From: Phallusia mammillata
Lineage: Eukaryota
Direction: 5' to 3'
Length of the DNA: 64,000 nt
Assembly (NCBI GenBank): GCA_965637545.1
Contig: OZ281494.1
Location: 34,224,001 to 34,288,000, forward strand
Part shown: piece by piece, positions 13,246 to 37,306 of the stretch
Position numbering within the stretch: the first letter of the stretch is position 1
Layout of the letters: the number at the start of each line of letters is the position of its first letter
Notes under the pieces: generated by a model
What the model was told of the DNA's origin: nothing
The model's database searches: none
What the model saw: only the letters and a program-made list of their open reading frames with translations
Program-made: the position numbers and the translations under genes

Positions 13246-13971
13246 TTGGCTTTGTCCAGTGAAATATTGTCCTTGGGAGATTTGAGTAGATGTAAAATGT
13301 GGTCCACCTTCAGTGGATGAGCTGACAGTATGAACTTGTCTGCTTACTGTTTTAGAAGATGAGTGGTAGTGTCTCACCGATGATTTTGTTTCGATCACTT
13401 GTCTATTAGATAGTTCCACCTGCAATAAAAACAGTTACTCATATAAATTGCAGAAATTTCTGAAGCAAAACTTCAATCTAAGTTGAAAAACTTAAATTGT
13501 TACATAAAAATTTAATAGAACATGAAAAAAGCGATTTAGAAAGAGACCAAAAGTGTAAAGAAAAAATTTGATTATTCTGACAATTTTGACTTGAAAGTTA
13601 TTTTTTCCTGAATCATTTCTTGCTCCTATATATTTTACCAAATATGCTAAAAACTTTAATCTGCATTGGAGAGTGTATAAATTAATTAGATTTGGCAAAA
13701 GTTATCATACACAAAAACCTGCAACATAATAAAACATGAAAAAAAAACAATTTAGAAAGAGACTAAAAAACGAGATTATTCAGACAACTTTGACTTAGAA
13801 GTTATTTTTTCCCATTTTATATTTTTTTTTCTTATATTTTTTCACCAAATATGATGAAGAATCAAGACTCACTGTTTGATAAATCGGATTCAGGGCTTGC
13901 AAGTGCTCTGAAGAAACATGATACGTCCCTCGAGGATTGCCTTGTTCGTCCAATTCCTGTGAAACCTGCTC
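13246..13971 (-). CDS. Two candidate upstream coding exons extending the beta-spectrin N-terminus
   Basis: 13971-13873 (attag|, EQVSQELDEQGNPRGTYHVSSEHLQALNPIYQT, |gtgagt) and 13419-13246 (ttgcag|, VELSNRQVIETKSS...GQYFTGQSQ, |gttagt). Both are phase 0/0, stop-free and in frame with the acceptor at 12515. Confidence 0.6.
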
Positions 13972-16900
13972 CTAATTAACACAACAGGTGCAATGAGACC
14001 TATTTCATCACTACAGAAAGCTTGGAAATTTATTATTGAGCATAAGCATATGAGTTACATGTTAGTAGGTTATATAATTTTAGAATTTTGCCAGTAAAAT
14101 CTCAGAAATTCACTGTTTTTTTCTATCAGGACACCTTAACAGGCACATTTACATGCGATTAAAGGTAGTTTTTAAGTTGAATGTCTTAAATAATGTAAAA
14201 ATGTATCGTACAACCCACATTCACTTCATTATAACACATAACTACTGGTTTAGGCTAAGATTGGTGAATGTCTCTACCATGGATTGAGTTACAATGTAAT
14301 CAAAATCCTTAATCTAGGTTTGTAAGAGCTAAAACAATAGCAAGCATAAACAGACATGCCTTTACAACATAATCACATCTAAACACAACTTCATTCAACA
14401 ACACCAATGCTTTGATGTTACACTACACACACTGATTTGTTCAAATCATCAAACCGCACCTGCGCTAAGACTTTCTAAGACAATCCTAACAATTTTATGT
14501 GGGCAATTTAAGCAGTTTTATGTTAATTTTTAAGACTAAATTTCAGTAACGTTGAGTTAAAGTTTAAATGGAAAACATATTTTTAACGAATTAAGACTGC
14601 GCCAATATACACTTAATGACGAATTAAAAACGTTTTTAATACTGCTTCCACAGTCTAATATTCTGCAAACGGCTACGAAAAAACGTTACTGCAAAAATGT
14701 CTGCACTATTTTTTTGCGTTTAACTGCTTAAAAACGCTAAAGTAAGTACAGCCAACTTGCTTGCGTTGACTTTCATTAACAAAAGACATGCAAATGTGCA
14801 AGGAAACGCGGTTGGAAAACTCAGTTAAGTGTTCCAATTAGGGTAATGGGTTTACTGCTGGAGAGAAGAGCTCTCAATTGCGGCTCGACTGGACGCCGTA
14901 AGGACGAGTTCATCTATCACAGTATTCCGGACTACAAAGCTATCACGCTGTCCAACGAATGCAAGGATTGACCAGAGCCACCCAGCGCTAAATGGTCGGT
15001 AAAAATGCAAATATTGGGATTAGAGTTGAGTGATAACAGTGTGTTACCAAATCGATTGTTTTCAATATTGATTTTATTGACAAACAATGTGTTTTTTCTG
15101 TCGTTTGTGGTTTAATATAAACTTATGCAGTTGTTGGCACGCGCGAGTAAAACTTTAATAAAACGTCCGAAATCGGCAAATTGTGGCGTAATTGGTCTTA
15201 AATGAAAATGTAGACTTCCATTATTCCTATTTCGTTTCTGAACGTTTAAGGTTTCTTCATGATAATGATTCCTTAACAATTATTTTCTATTTTATGGAGG
15301 GGCTCGGCGTAAAAAGCAAATAAACAAACAGATAAATTTTATGTCGGTCGAGCTACCATGCGCGAAGAACATAAATCATTGCTGTTCTGCCGAAAAGACG
15401 AAGTGTCAAGCCGCAAAAATAGCGGGTTTCAACGTGCAACCAACCTGAAACCAACCTTGTGTTTAAGTTAAACATTTTTGCTGAAACAAATAGTCGATTT
15501 TTGCGTTGTGTGTTAAAGAACACATGCACGAATTACGGGTTTGTTGCCATTAAACAAACCTCCACTTTACTTCGACAGAAACCTAAGAAGTTGAGTTGGG
15601 TTTATTTCGCGTGGTAAACGAAAACACAGCCACAATATCGCTCTAAAACAGTGGTTTTCAACCGTTTTTTTTCGGCGGCCCATTTTAGCAACGCGATCTT
15701 AATAATGACCCGCCTTAAAAAGTTCATCGTTTTTTTGACAATAACCAAATTAAAGTTTGATTTTATCCACAAAATGGTCTTAGCTTGCTAGTTATTACAT
15801 CTATTTTAATGCGCCTTGTCCAAACCGCGTAGCGTCTATTTTCCTATAGGCAAATAATTTTGCAGCTTCGATTTTTCTGCCAAATTTTGCTACTTCAATG
15901 AGGTTTCTACCCGACATGTAAGAAACAATATTGAATCTGTACGTGAAGTCAGGCAATAAAGCGTATCTTTCATCTCTCTACCTCGTACATCACTCACCGG
16001 GATCTCGTATTGGAAAAGAGCAAGTGACGACTGACGGGCATAAAATAGTATGTGGTACTGTATCAGGAAATCTCTGTATATCGTATTCAATACGATGCAA
16101 GGACATCAATTAAGGGTTAGGTATATTTATGTTTAACGTTTGATCCCAGAAAGTAAAGAACGCTGCTGCAAACTTGTAACGAGCGCAACTTGCAATATAG
16201 GTGTCAAATATATCAATTCCAAGGCGTTTAAAGTACTCACTCTTGACCAGAATGGTGAAACACCAACCTTATGGAATGTCAACCTATACAGTTTGAAATA
16301 TGTATGTCTGAGCTGTCATACAACATGCTAAATAACTTGGGGGGAAATGTAGCTGCATTGTCTGCTAGATTAGGAAATAAGGTAACTTCGAAAATACAAT
16401 TTTATGTTCACAAAGTGTCTTGAACGTGTGTTAATTCAAGCGTAAAGTCGTTGTCGCGCAGTAAAGCGTGTTATCGCAAAACAGTACAACTCCAGTTTGC
16501 CGCAATTTGAATTCACAGCGATTTGTTTTTGACTCAACAAACAACAGTCGCACACTGCCAACCGGACTATGTCGAATTCCCAAGTGCCTCGTATCTTGAA
16601 GCGGGAGTGGCCGACACGTCAATCACGAGATAAGCTCTCTGTGTGCTAACATGCTGAACTGTACCAAGAGGTTAAACGCCAACACACAAACGGAAAACTC
16701 GCAGTTAGGCTGTTGCAGAGGTCAACGCCAATTAACGCTACTCGCCCTTGTTATTACCTCGTCTTGTGACATCACACACTGGCATTGTCTAGTCAAGCAC
16801 GTGACTGAGATTGTTTATGTTTAAATGGCGCGAAAACAAGTAACTGAACTCTGCCACGAGGTAGTTAGTACCAGTCGTGCTAGAATAGGCGTAAATATGT

Positions 16901-19900
16901 ATTTTAAGGTTATTCATTCTAAACTTACAGTCGGTGAAACGTAAAATTATTGTATGGGTATGAATGCAATATGACTATCACGCCTTTATTTTCAATTTCG
17001 TTTCTCTTTATTGACTTTGGAAGTTATGTGTGGGGTAACTTTTTAAATGTGGCTGAGTTGACGTGTTTCGTTTTCAAGTTTTAGAAGATTAATCGTTTTT
17101 TGTTCAACTTTAGTTTACCGATGACAAACTAAGTAAAAAGAAATCGAAGATATTTAACAAAACAAAAGATCAAACTTAGCTTACTAAGACATAATATCTA
17201 TCTTAATAAAGTCAGGAACGCACAGATTAAAATGCAAAGGACAATGTCAAGGATTAGCGAAACAGCCTAGCGCTTTTTCTGTGCAAAGCCGCCATACAAA
17301 GACCCGCTGTGTTCGACCGCTTCAGTGGGCAAAAATCGAGCGACTACTTGCATCGATCCACGAAAGTATAGCAAACCTCTCCAGTCACGTGACTCTGGTC
17401 GCTTGCATTATTCATGCGCCTGTGTTACTGCATCAAGAACCCAGCAACTCAACTACCGCCTCTCCCAACTGTTGAATATATTTTGGGAGTGTGGCACAAG
17501 CTGTAGAAAATCTAACAGTTTAAACAACCATGTTTACCGTGAAATTCAAGCTTGGTAAACATTTGTGTTGCTACCATTTCTTTCACCAAGCGAAATACAC
17601 TGAACCCATAAACATTTCTTAGGCAAATCTAGATACATGTTTAGTCATGTAATATACCCTCTAAGAAATATTTTATAAAGGGCCATCACTACTCTGCTTG
17701 AAACATATTGTGGTAAAAAAACTACAAAAACTTATGTTTAGTTTTTTTTTAGATAAATAATTCAAAATCTATTTACAATTCTAAATTCAATTTGATACTT
17801 TTAATCAACAGCAAATAGCAAAAAATGTTCCACAGTATCAACGATACAATATGATTAATACTTCAATCTTTAGTGTATCTCATCTACTCTACTCCGCTGA
17901 TCAATTAATACAGGCTGCTGGAATTTTAAAAGGCCTTTAAAAATGGGCATATTACCAGTTTAATGACCAAAGCAAACAGCTCAATACCCTTTGCCTTCTA
18001 CATTGTTTAAATAAAATACCTAGCTACAGATTGGTTGCGGCCCAACACAAACACATAGTAACGCACATAATCACCTCCTGCTGGGCAATGCATGCACAAC
18101 ATTCAACACTCAGGTAAAAAAATGTGCAATTTTGATACATGGTATGGCAAAAAATAAATTACAGAACAACACCACTTATTAGTTTGATCAAAAGCAACAA
18201 TAAAAGAGAGATGGTATACAGTTAATTTTGCACTCATGATGACAACAGTAATTGTTGACAGTTTGCAATAAAATCTATATTATGTACAAGCCCTGCAATT
18301 ATGCACTTGGTTAAGCACTTGCCAAATGTTTTGAGTGTATCAAATGCCATCGAGGTATTAACACCATTTAGCTTAAACAAGACATATATACTATTGTTTC
18401 CTGCCTAACACAATTCAGGAAACGTCTACCAACCAATTGAGGAACAAATATAGGATATATATATTTTACATATGTATCATTCACATACACAACCAAGCAA
18501 GCAACAAATAAACAAGCACACCAAAAAATGTTTCTTTAGCCACCAATTAAAGCATGAAAACAAATTCTAACTTATTGCTCTTTGCCAATAAGTAAAAGTT
18601 GTTCCTTTGTTTTGCAGGTTATGTACATTTAAGCGACAAAAACAATGATGCATTTTTTGTTTACTACAATGAAGCAACATGTATTGTTTGTTTTTTTACT
18701 TACAAACTGCTCCATAATCTGTGATGAAATAAGATTCTTCAAAATAACTATAATTTATCACTAAAAATTTTTTATTTTACTTTGCTACAACAGGTAAACC
18801 GATATAACATCTTTATTGGGTATATAAATAAACAAAGAAATATATCAAACTTGTCATAAAATATAAAAATAAACAAAATATATATATTTATTAAAAATCT
18901 GAAAAAATAAGTAAAAAACAAACCTTTGGTTCAGCAGCCTTTCAAATGCAGTTTTTTCTTGTTAATTTGGAATTTTGTCAGCACAGACTAATATCCTAAC
19001 ATAAACAAAATAAAAAAAAATTAAAACAGATTGTGGAAGAAAATATTATTTACCTCAGCTTTTATTTTAACCGTACATATTTGGAACAGGAACAACAATT
19101 GTTATTTACAAAAACCGGAATAAATTGCTTTGCGTTATCATAAAGAAGCTAAATCTTTGCTTAGACAATTTAAGCAAACATTGGGTTTGGCATCTAGCCA
19201 CAAAACAAATAAAATCACTGGATGACCACTTTTAACTGTTGAGGCATTGTACACAAACCCAAGTGTACAATTCACTCCAAATTATTCTACTTTACAAGCA
19301 AAGAAACCACTAATTGCACCATTAATTTTATTTAATTTTGCAAGAAGTCAGAAACCAAACTGTTTGGCAGTATAAAATTGTGGCTGCAAAGTGTAATTTT
19401 TGAAGAAATATAACAATCATTATCAGTAAAGTGGTCCCTTGTGCACAAATAATTTCATAAACAGAAAAAGTGTGAAAATTTAACAGCAATAAAATTTTTT
19501 GTTCATATTGCGACCAAGCAAAAATTATTATAGACCTGAAATCCCTTTATTTATGGAAACATTTCACCAAAAATTGCTTAAAACTAAAGCTGTATTATGC
19601 TTTTTAAGCTTTAGCCTGAACCCTAAATGCTACTGCGCAGCGTGCACTTGCAGCAAAAACTCAATCTATAAAGTCTCTTAAAAAACTGATGTTTGTGTCA
19701 AAAAAAAACTAAAAATGCGATTTTTTTTTCTACCCCAGCATATAAACACGAACAAAATACTAAAATTCATCATTTAAAGTGTAGCAGATAATTCCAGACG
19801 AAAACTCATTATGCAGACGCCTCTTACAACAAGCACGCTACTCAACTCACGTCCATCAAATCAAATCTCACAACCTTTTGTCTATCAAGCGAACTCTTCA

Positions 19901-20594
19901 CTTATTTTTACCCGCCCAAAAACAACTGCATCAAAATGCCCCAACAGCACCGTCTAGCGGCACAAGTTTTTCCGGTTGCTGAGAACTTGCTTAGTTGCTT
20001 GCGTATTTAAATTTTAAAAACCGTAGTATATATGAGCATGATGTTTCTTCTGTAAAGTGCTTTACCCAAAAACAAAACTGTGACCTAAACTTTTAGTTCT
20101 TTATGACTTTCTAAACTTAAGCAACTATAGTTTACACACACGAGCAAAACTGATTTATTTTAATTGTATTATTTTGTTCACGTGAAACTTTACGCAACAA
20201 ACATAGTAACACTTTACGGTAATGTTACACTAAAAAGCGGAACAATTAAGTTGTTGTTGTTGTTTTTACTTTAGTAAAAATAATTACACAAAAGTGTTTT
20301 GAGAAAGACACAAGACAGGGTTCTGATACCTTCCAACTCAAGGAGGTTGTTGTATTGCGGCACCTCTCAAATATGTTATGTACCCTGCGTCAAAACAAGG
20401 CTTGTAATATCTTAGAGCAAACGGGGCCAACATGTTGTTAGTTATCACAGTTCAAATACGCAAACACGTCAGTACCGAAATGTTTCATAAATGTTGCAAA
20501 ACACGTGCAAGACAAGTTAAGATGGTTCATACAGGGGAGATGCATAAGGTAGGACAGCTTAATGCCAGTAAAATCTGTATGCAGACAATAAAGG

Positions 20595-20757
20595 CAGTGG
20601 TTCTCAACATTTTAAAGCATGCGGCGCAATAAAGAACTAAAACTTCCTTTCGCGGCACACTTCGCAAGTAAACATAACAAAAGTTGTTCAAAGAATGATA
20701 ATTTTCAACTTTATTATGATGGTTTAAGATGCCCGGCGCACAGTTTGAGAACCACTG
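20595..20757. mobile_element. hAT-type MITE
   Basis: TIRs CAGTGGTTCTCAA / TTGAGAACCACTG. Flanks share CAATAAAG, but the TSD register is off by one. Confidence 0.7.
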
Positions 20758-23220
20758 CAATAAAGTATCGCTTTTTGTGCTTGGAAGTGTTCTGGAATTG
20801 CGAAGAAAACATGTGTTACTGTAAAAGTGCAGTTGTTTGGTTGGTAGGTTGAATATTAGAGTGAGTATCATTTTCCACAAAAAAAAAACGTTTTAAGGTA
20901 AAACGTTTTTTTTTTTTCGATAACAAACTATATATAAAATGACGTTTATTTATACTAAACATTTCGTAAACAGTTTATGCCATTGTCTTAAAAATAAACA
21001 TTAGGAAAGCGAGAATGATCTCGTGAACAACAAATTGTGTGTAATTATGTAAATCTAATGGCTGTATTATGATTCTACCCTAAGCACGTTTGAAATTTAT
21101 TATGTAAAGAGGACGTAAATATCATTTAAGTTTGGGTATTAACTTTATTTGAATGTTTTGAGATTCTCCCTTTACCGTGTTTAAACGTGATGGTGTTGGA
21201 TTTATATTTGGACTTTGATTGAAAATGACGTTGCAAATAAAACAGGCTCATAAAAAGATTAATTCTGTTAGTGTAAAAATAGTGTATTTGGGGTAAAACG
21301 ATTAAGGTATGAGCAATTGCGTTTCCTTAAGGAATTGTACAAAGACTGTACATGTCTTTGACAAAACTATATGATTATGTGTATTTTTCTTTTTCCTATT
21401 AAATTTGCAGAAAGGTTGTGTTTATCATGTTGTTATTTATCAGCAATGGTTGTTTATGTTTAATTTTATACGTATTTTAAAACCGACTGCAAGCACAAAC
21501 AAACCAAGACAATAACGAAATCTTGTTTAACTTTGCGCTAATCGCCTAACTTCTTCTATCAAAACAAACAAATCAAGTCATTGAGCTAACACCGTTTGCA
21601 GATGGCCAACCGGTGGTGCTTACAAGTTCCGTGGATCGTAAGTCCAGGAGGTCTTTCTTGCCTTGTGACCTTCATTCACTACTTTATCTTCGATTAATGT
21701 TTGATTTTGACACTGGCCACCTTTCTCAGTGTTTGTATAGCTGTAAGGGAGATCCGCCAATCGTCATCGTTTCGCTACTCCATTAAGCAATACTACAGGC
21801 AGTTTATCTATTTGACAGGGTGCTTACTAATTGATAACATCTTAACTTTTGCCAGGCTCAAATCGGTAAACATAGGCTATAACGGGCCGTTTGAGTACGT
21901 CAAATGCTTTCAACGATACCAGTATAGCTTTTAAATATAGTGTGCTCAAACTATTCGATTTTGTATATTTTAACAAAAAAAAACATGTTAGAGTTCATGG
22001 AGAAAAATGGAGGCAAAGATTTTTGAGCTAAAAAAACTATAATTTTTACGACGTGAGCAGCTTAACGTACAACAAATTCTGTCAAAAATTTAGTGGAAAA
22101 ATAAATTTAAGTAATTTATATTTCTATGGTGTAGTGGTCACGCTCGATTGATTTTTTGTTTAAAGCTTAGAAAAGATTGCGGGCAAAACTTTTTTGTAAT
22201 CTTTGCTCGAAAGTGTTGTTTTAACTAGTTTATTTCAGTGTACTTGTTTGCAAGATGACAGCGGAAATAACTAAACCAAGTTTTTTTGTCTCCTTAGGCT
22301 CGCGCAGTTGCAGTAAAAAAGCGCACTCTAGAACGCCTTTTCTCCTTTTACCGCTGTTGGTTTGCGAAAAGTTCACCGGGTGACCGCTTACCGAATATGG
22401 GCGACATGCTTGGTTGGATCGCTGCTACCGCTGCACTGTATGGAAAAGTTTTCTCTCGCCATTACTTTAAGCTTGTTGTTTGCTTAATTTCGCAACGATT
22501 GGAAATAGTATCTGCGGTTTCCTTTATTTACTACTTTATTATTGAAATGTTTTGGTTTAATATTTGCATCCTAGGCAGTTTTATTATCAATTATGAGTTT
22601 AGAGAGAAAAGGGTTAATTTTAAAGTTAAAGGTATTAAGGCATAAATTAAACAATTAGCACGGCACAACTTAGCAATCCCAACCAAAGCACAAATGGATT
22701 TATATAATTGGTGCCTTAGGAAAGTAAAAGATTTGCTATGAAAACTAACAATTTACAGATGTTTCAAATAATTTAACCAATTTTTCAATCAAAATTTAAA
22801 TTTGTTAATCCTAAAGATTGTAACTTTGCATCCATTTTTGGGTTGTTTGGCGTTATTCATGTTTATGTTATGTATATAAGGTTTTATACCTTTGTATGAG
22901 TGTAATATGCAATGAAAAGCTGTACTTTCGGTGTACACAGAACAGATGAATTTAGTAGGGATTGTGGCTTAACCACAAGTGTTATGTGGTTTATAAATTT
23001 CCTGAAAAGGTACTTTTTCTAATTTTTAATTGATTTCAATGTTTCTTTATTGCAAGAAATTGTTGCACACAAGTAGTAGTTCTATAATGGTCAGTATTAG
23101 GTGGTGAACTGTTTATAAATTTAGGGTTAAAGTCCCAGGACTTTCTGTGCAGTAAACAGAGCGACGGAAATCAGCAACTGTTTCCAGCTCTAACATCTCC
23201 TGTGATTCAACAGAAGTTGT

Positions 23221-33548
<10,328 letters not shown>

Positions 33549-36480
33549 TAATCAACGCCAACACAAGCAAACTACCAACTCGAAAAAATCCAACCAACAG
33601 CGCCATCTGTCGAGATAGTCCACTGCGCATCCGCGTGGACCCCTCCGCTTTTTACTACAATGCAGTGTTAAGGAACTGTCCAATCTGCAAGCCCAAACTC
33701 GCACCACTGGCAACTGAACCCGGCTCATAACGTTAGCAAGGTCGCGTTGCATAAGGTTGTTGGCTTTTTCGTGTCCTTTTTATGTCTAGTGGCTTTTCCG
33801 TACCCATTTTTTTCTGTTCACGTATTATTTCTTTTTTGTCGTATTTTTTTTATTGCTCAACCTCGCGCCATGTTGTGTTCTCGGCTCCGTTTTTGTTTGT
33901 TTGAAGTAAGCCAAAAAGTTAAATGCCCACAAAGTTAGGCTTGTTGCGCCAAGGAGCAAAGTAGTAACTGCGAATGTAGTTTTCCTATCGCTGCTAGAAC
34001 AAAAATAGTATTCTACCAGCAATTCCTATCTGACCTCCTGCTTAAAATACGTGCAAATATTAAAAAAATAAGATTGGAGTATTTGTTTTTATTTTCGACC
34101 AATCACACAACGAGAATATGTCAGCTCAAAAACAGTATTTAAAAAAGCCTTTTTTTTTCATTTACGTCCACTTTTTTGTTGAACTTTGCCCTTTCCCCCG
34201 TTTCAAGACCCCCTTCGCTTTGTGTTTTTGCCAAACGCTGTAAACTGACTAACTCAGTACTTAAAAATCTGCAGTGAATACGTTTCAATTCAAAATAACT
34301 AGCAAGGTCGATTATGCAACAAAAGCGCACGTGATCCATGTATTCATCCGCACCAGTATCTAGTGCCATTCTGCAGGCGCAAATTTCATTACCTTTGATG
34401 TCAAGCCAAAATGCATGTTTGTTTGTGCTTAATTACCCTTAATCGCTACTCCTTACTTCATGCGTGTCAGTATCAAATGATTTTTTTTTGTGAGGAACGA
34501 ATTTAAACTGTGACGAAATTGGGCTTTTTTGTTCAGACTGGTTTAAATTACTCAGCATTAACGTTTTTCGGGCAAGTATTTTTCCTTTTGGGTTTTTACG
34601 AACATACTGTTTGCTTTTGTTTTCAACCGCTTTGGTATTCAGGTGAGTAGATCCCACAGTATTCTTATTTTTCGCCTTTCACACAAATTGCGTTGATCAG
34701 CCTGTGGGTACATGTCCAGAAAAATCCGGTTACTCGAAATGCCCTTTAATTGCATATACTGCATCCTGCAGCCGTTAATAATAACGAAACTATTCCGGTT
34801 TGTCGCAAGAAAAACATCCTTCTTTGACCATTATACCCTGCACCGGTTACGTAATAGTGTCCCAATTAAGTGGCAGAAATTCTCACATGGCATTGCAACT
34901 CAATTTCAACAAGGCCTAACTGTTTTGTTTTGGTCGAAAGAAGAAGTCACTTTACCTGTTAATACCGTGGTGCTTGTGCGTAAAGACCTGAAACTCTTAG
35001 ACTGTACAGAGTGATTTCATTCTAACGATTTTGGGTGCGTTTGTTAATTTTGGGGTAGTTGCTTGGACACTGTTTTGTTGCCTATGCTATTTTGTCATGC
35101 GGCGAATTAGTTGTATTTTCCAACGTTTTCAGTTGTAAACATTCTAAACTACAAAAAGTGTCGTTTTTTCCATTCAAATTGAAACTTCTTTTGATTTTCA
35201 AACCGATCAAATTCCTATAAAATAGGTCAATAAATTTGACTAACACGGTATATCCGTAAATTTACTGTTTTCAAAATGTGATTTTTGAATTACTGTTTAT
35301 TTTTTGCAAAACACTATTTTTGGAAAATTATTTTTTTGGAATTTTTAAAATTCGATGTTAGTCGCAAATTGCTAAAGTGGAACCGCTGGAAAATTGCTTT
35401 ACCTCATCAAATTGATTTCTGCAAAACTTTCGCATCCTGACATGAGATAATTTTCTTGTTTATGTTTATCGTTCAAATTGTTACGTTGTATTCGTTTTTG
35501 TCAGAGATTTGCTGCATTATTATCACTGCGCAAAAAACCTGTCACCCAATACCCTGAACTGATCAACTATCAGCATTTAATTTTTCTTTACTCATTGCTG
35601 TATTAAGCCTGACACACTGTGCATAGTAAACTGCTGCGAACGGTCACCACAAACAGAAAACTTCTTCCCTCCCACTAAATGTACCAAGGTGTGTCCGCTA
35701 GATGGGGTCGGTGAGCGTCATTTGAACACAACACTTGTATCTTTTCACCATTTTTTTATGCTTGTAAGCATCATATTTCGGGCGTGCGAGCAAATGTTCT
35801 TAATGTGGGGATGTACCCTAATTACCTACGCGCCAAATGACAATTTTTCATGTTCTTTCTTTGCTTTTTGCGTTCTTCTGTGGTTGCGGTTTTGTGATTT
35901 CGTGTTTTGCGACTTTTCAGCCATATCCGTGTAATTCTACTTAATTCACTTATCCTGATAGCATCGCACCTCACAACACTTATCTGACACAATATGTTAT
36001 GTGACAAACTGCAAAAAATCTCGAGGCCATCCACTTTCTGTTCAATGAAACTTGTGCAAAGTGCATACAGCGGTCGTTGCCCCTCAACCACTCCCCACCG
36101 GTGCCTTTTGTTTTTATCAAGCGCCGATTTTCGCCGGTGAACGATTGTTCGGCCCCAGTATCACTTGTGTGAGTCGCTTTTTGCTGCCATTACTCTTGTT
36201 ACTACCACTGATGTCGCATAGACTTATCGCCCGACACTTTTCTCTTTCTCTTTACCGGCCCGCGCCGTTCTTGTTGTGTGCATTTACGCCCCCTTTTCCC
36301 CATGCTAGTGTTTGTTCGAAAAATTTGCAAAAAAGTTCAAAAATACAAGCGAAAAAACGAATCTGTTTTCTTATCTGTAAAAGTTTACCTGTAATATTTT
36401 GTCAACATATACATTAATGCAATATAACACTTTGGAACACTATACAGGTAGTTATCTAATTAAAACCTTAAATGCCAGAG

Positions 36481-37306
36481 AACTTGGGTATATAGAATAC
36501 GACTTATTGCAGAACTAGGGTATATAGAATACGACTTATTGCAGAACTAGGGTACATAGAATACGACTTAGTGCAGAACTTGGGCATATAGAATACGACT
36601 TAGTGCAGAACTTGGGCATATAGAATACGACTTAGTGCAGAACTTGGTCATATAGAATACGACTTAGTGCAGAACTTGGGCATATAGAATACGACTTAGT
36701 GCAGAACTTGGGCATATAGAATACGACTTAGTGCAGAACTTGGGCATATAGAATACGACTTAGTGCAGAACTTGGGTATATAGAATACGACTTAGTGCAG
36801 AACTTGGGCATATAGAATACGACTTAGTGCAGAACTTGGGCATATAGAATACGACTTAGTGCAGAACTTGGGCATATAGAATACGACTTAGTGCAGAACT
36901 TGGTCATATAGAATACGACTTAGTGCAGAACTTGGGCATATAGAATACGACTTAGTGCAGAACTTGGGCATATAGAATACGACTTAGTGCAGAACTTGGG
37001 CATATAGAATACGACTTAGTGCAGAACTTGGGTATATAGAATACGACTTAGTGCAGAACTTGGGCATATAGAATACGACTTAGTGCAGAACTTGGGCATA
37101 TAGAATACGACTTAGTGCAGAACTTGGTCATATAGAATACGACTTAGTGCAGAACTTGGGTATATAGAATACGACTTAGTGCAGAACTTGGGCATATAGA
37201 ATACGACTTAGTGCAGAACTTGGGCATATAGAATACGACTTAGTGCAGAACTTGGGCATATAGAATACGACTTAGTGCAGAACTTGGGCATATAGAATAC
37301 GACTTA
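36481..37306. repeat. 32-bp minisatellite, 25 full units plus 1 partial
   Basis: Unit AACTTGGGCATATAGAATACGACTTAGTGCAG in direct head-to-tail tandem, no spacers. Variants GGTCA and GGGTA. The first three units are more diverged. Confidence 0.97.

Noticed and set aside
16855-16875. let-7-like seed GAGGTAG
   Set aside because: The rest does not match let-7 and I found no precursor hairpin.
36481-37306. 32-bp repeats resembling a CRISPR array; the unit also contains AATACGACT as in the T7 promoter
   Set aside because: No unique spacers, no cas genes and a eukaryotic context. The T7 match is only 9 bp and lacks CACTATAG.
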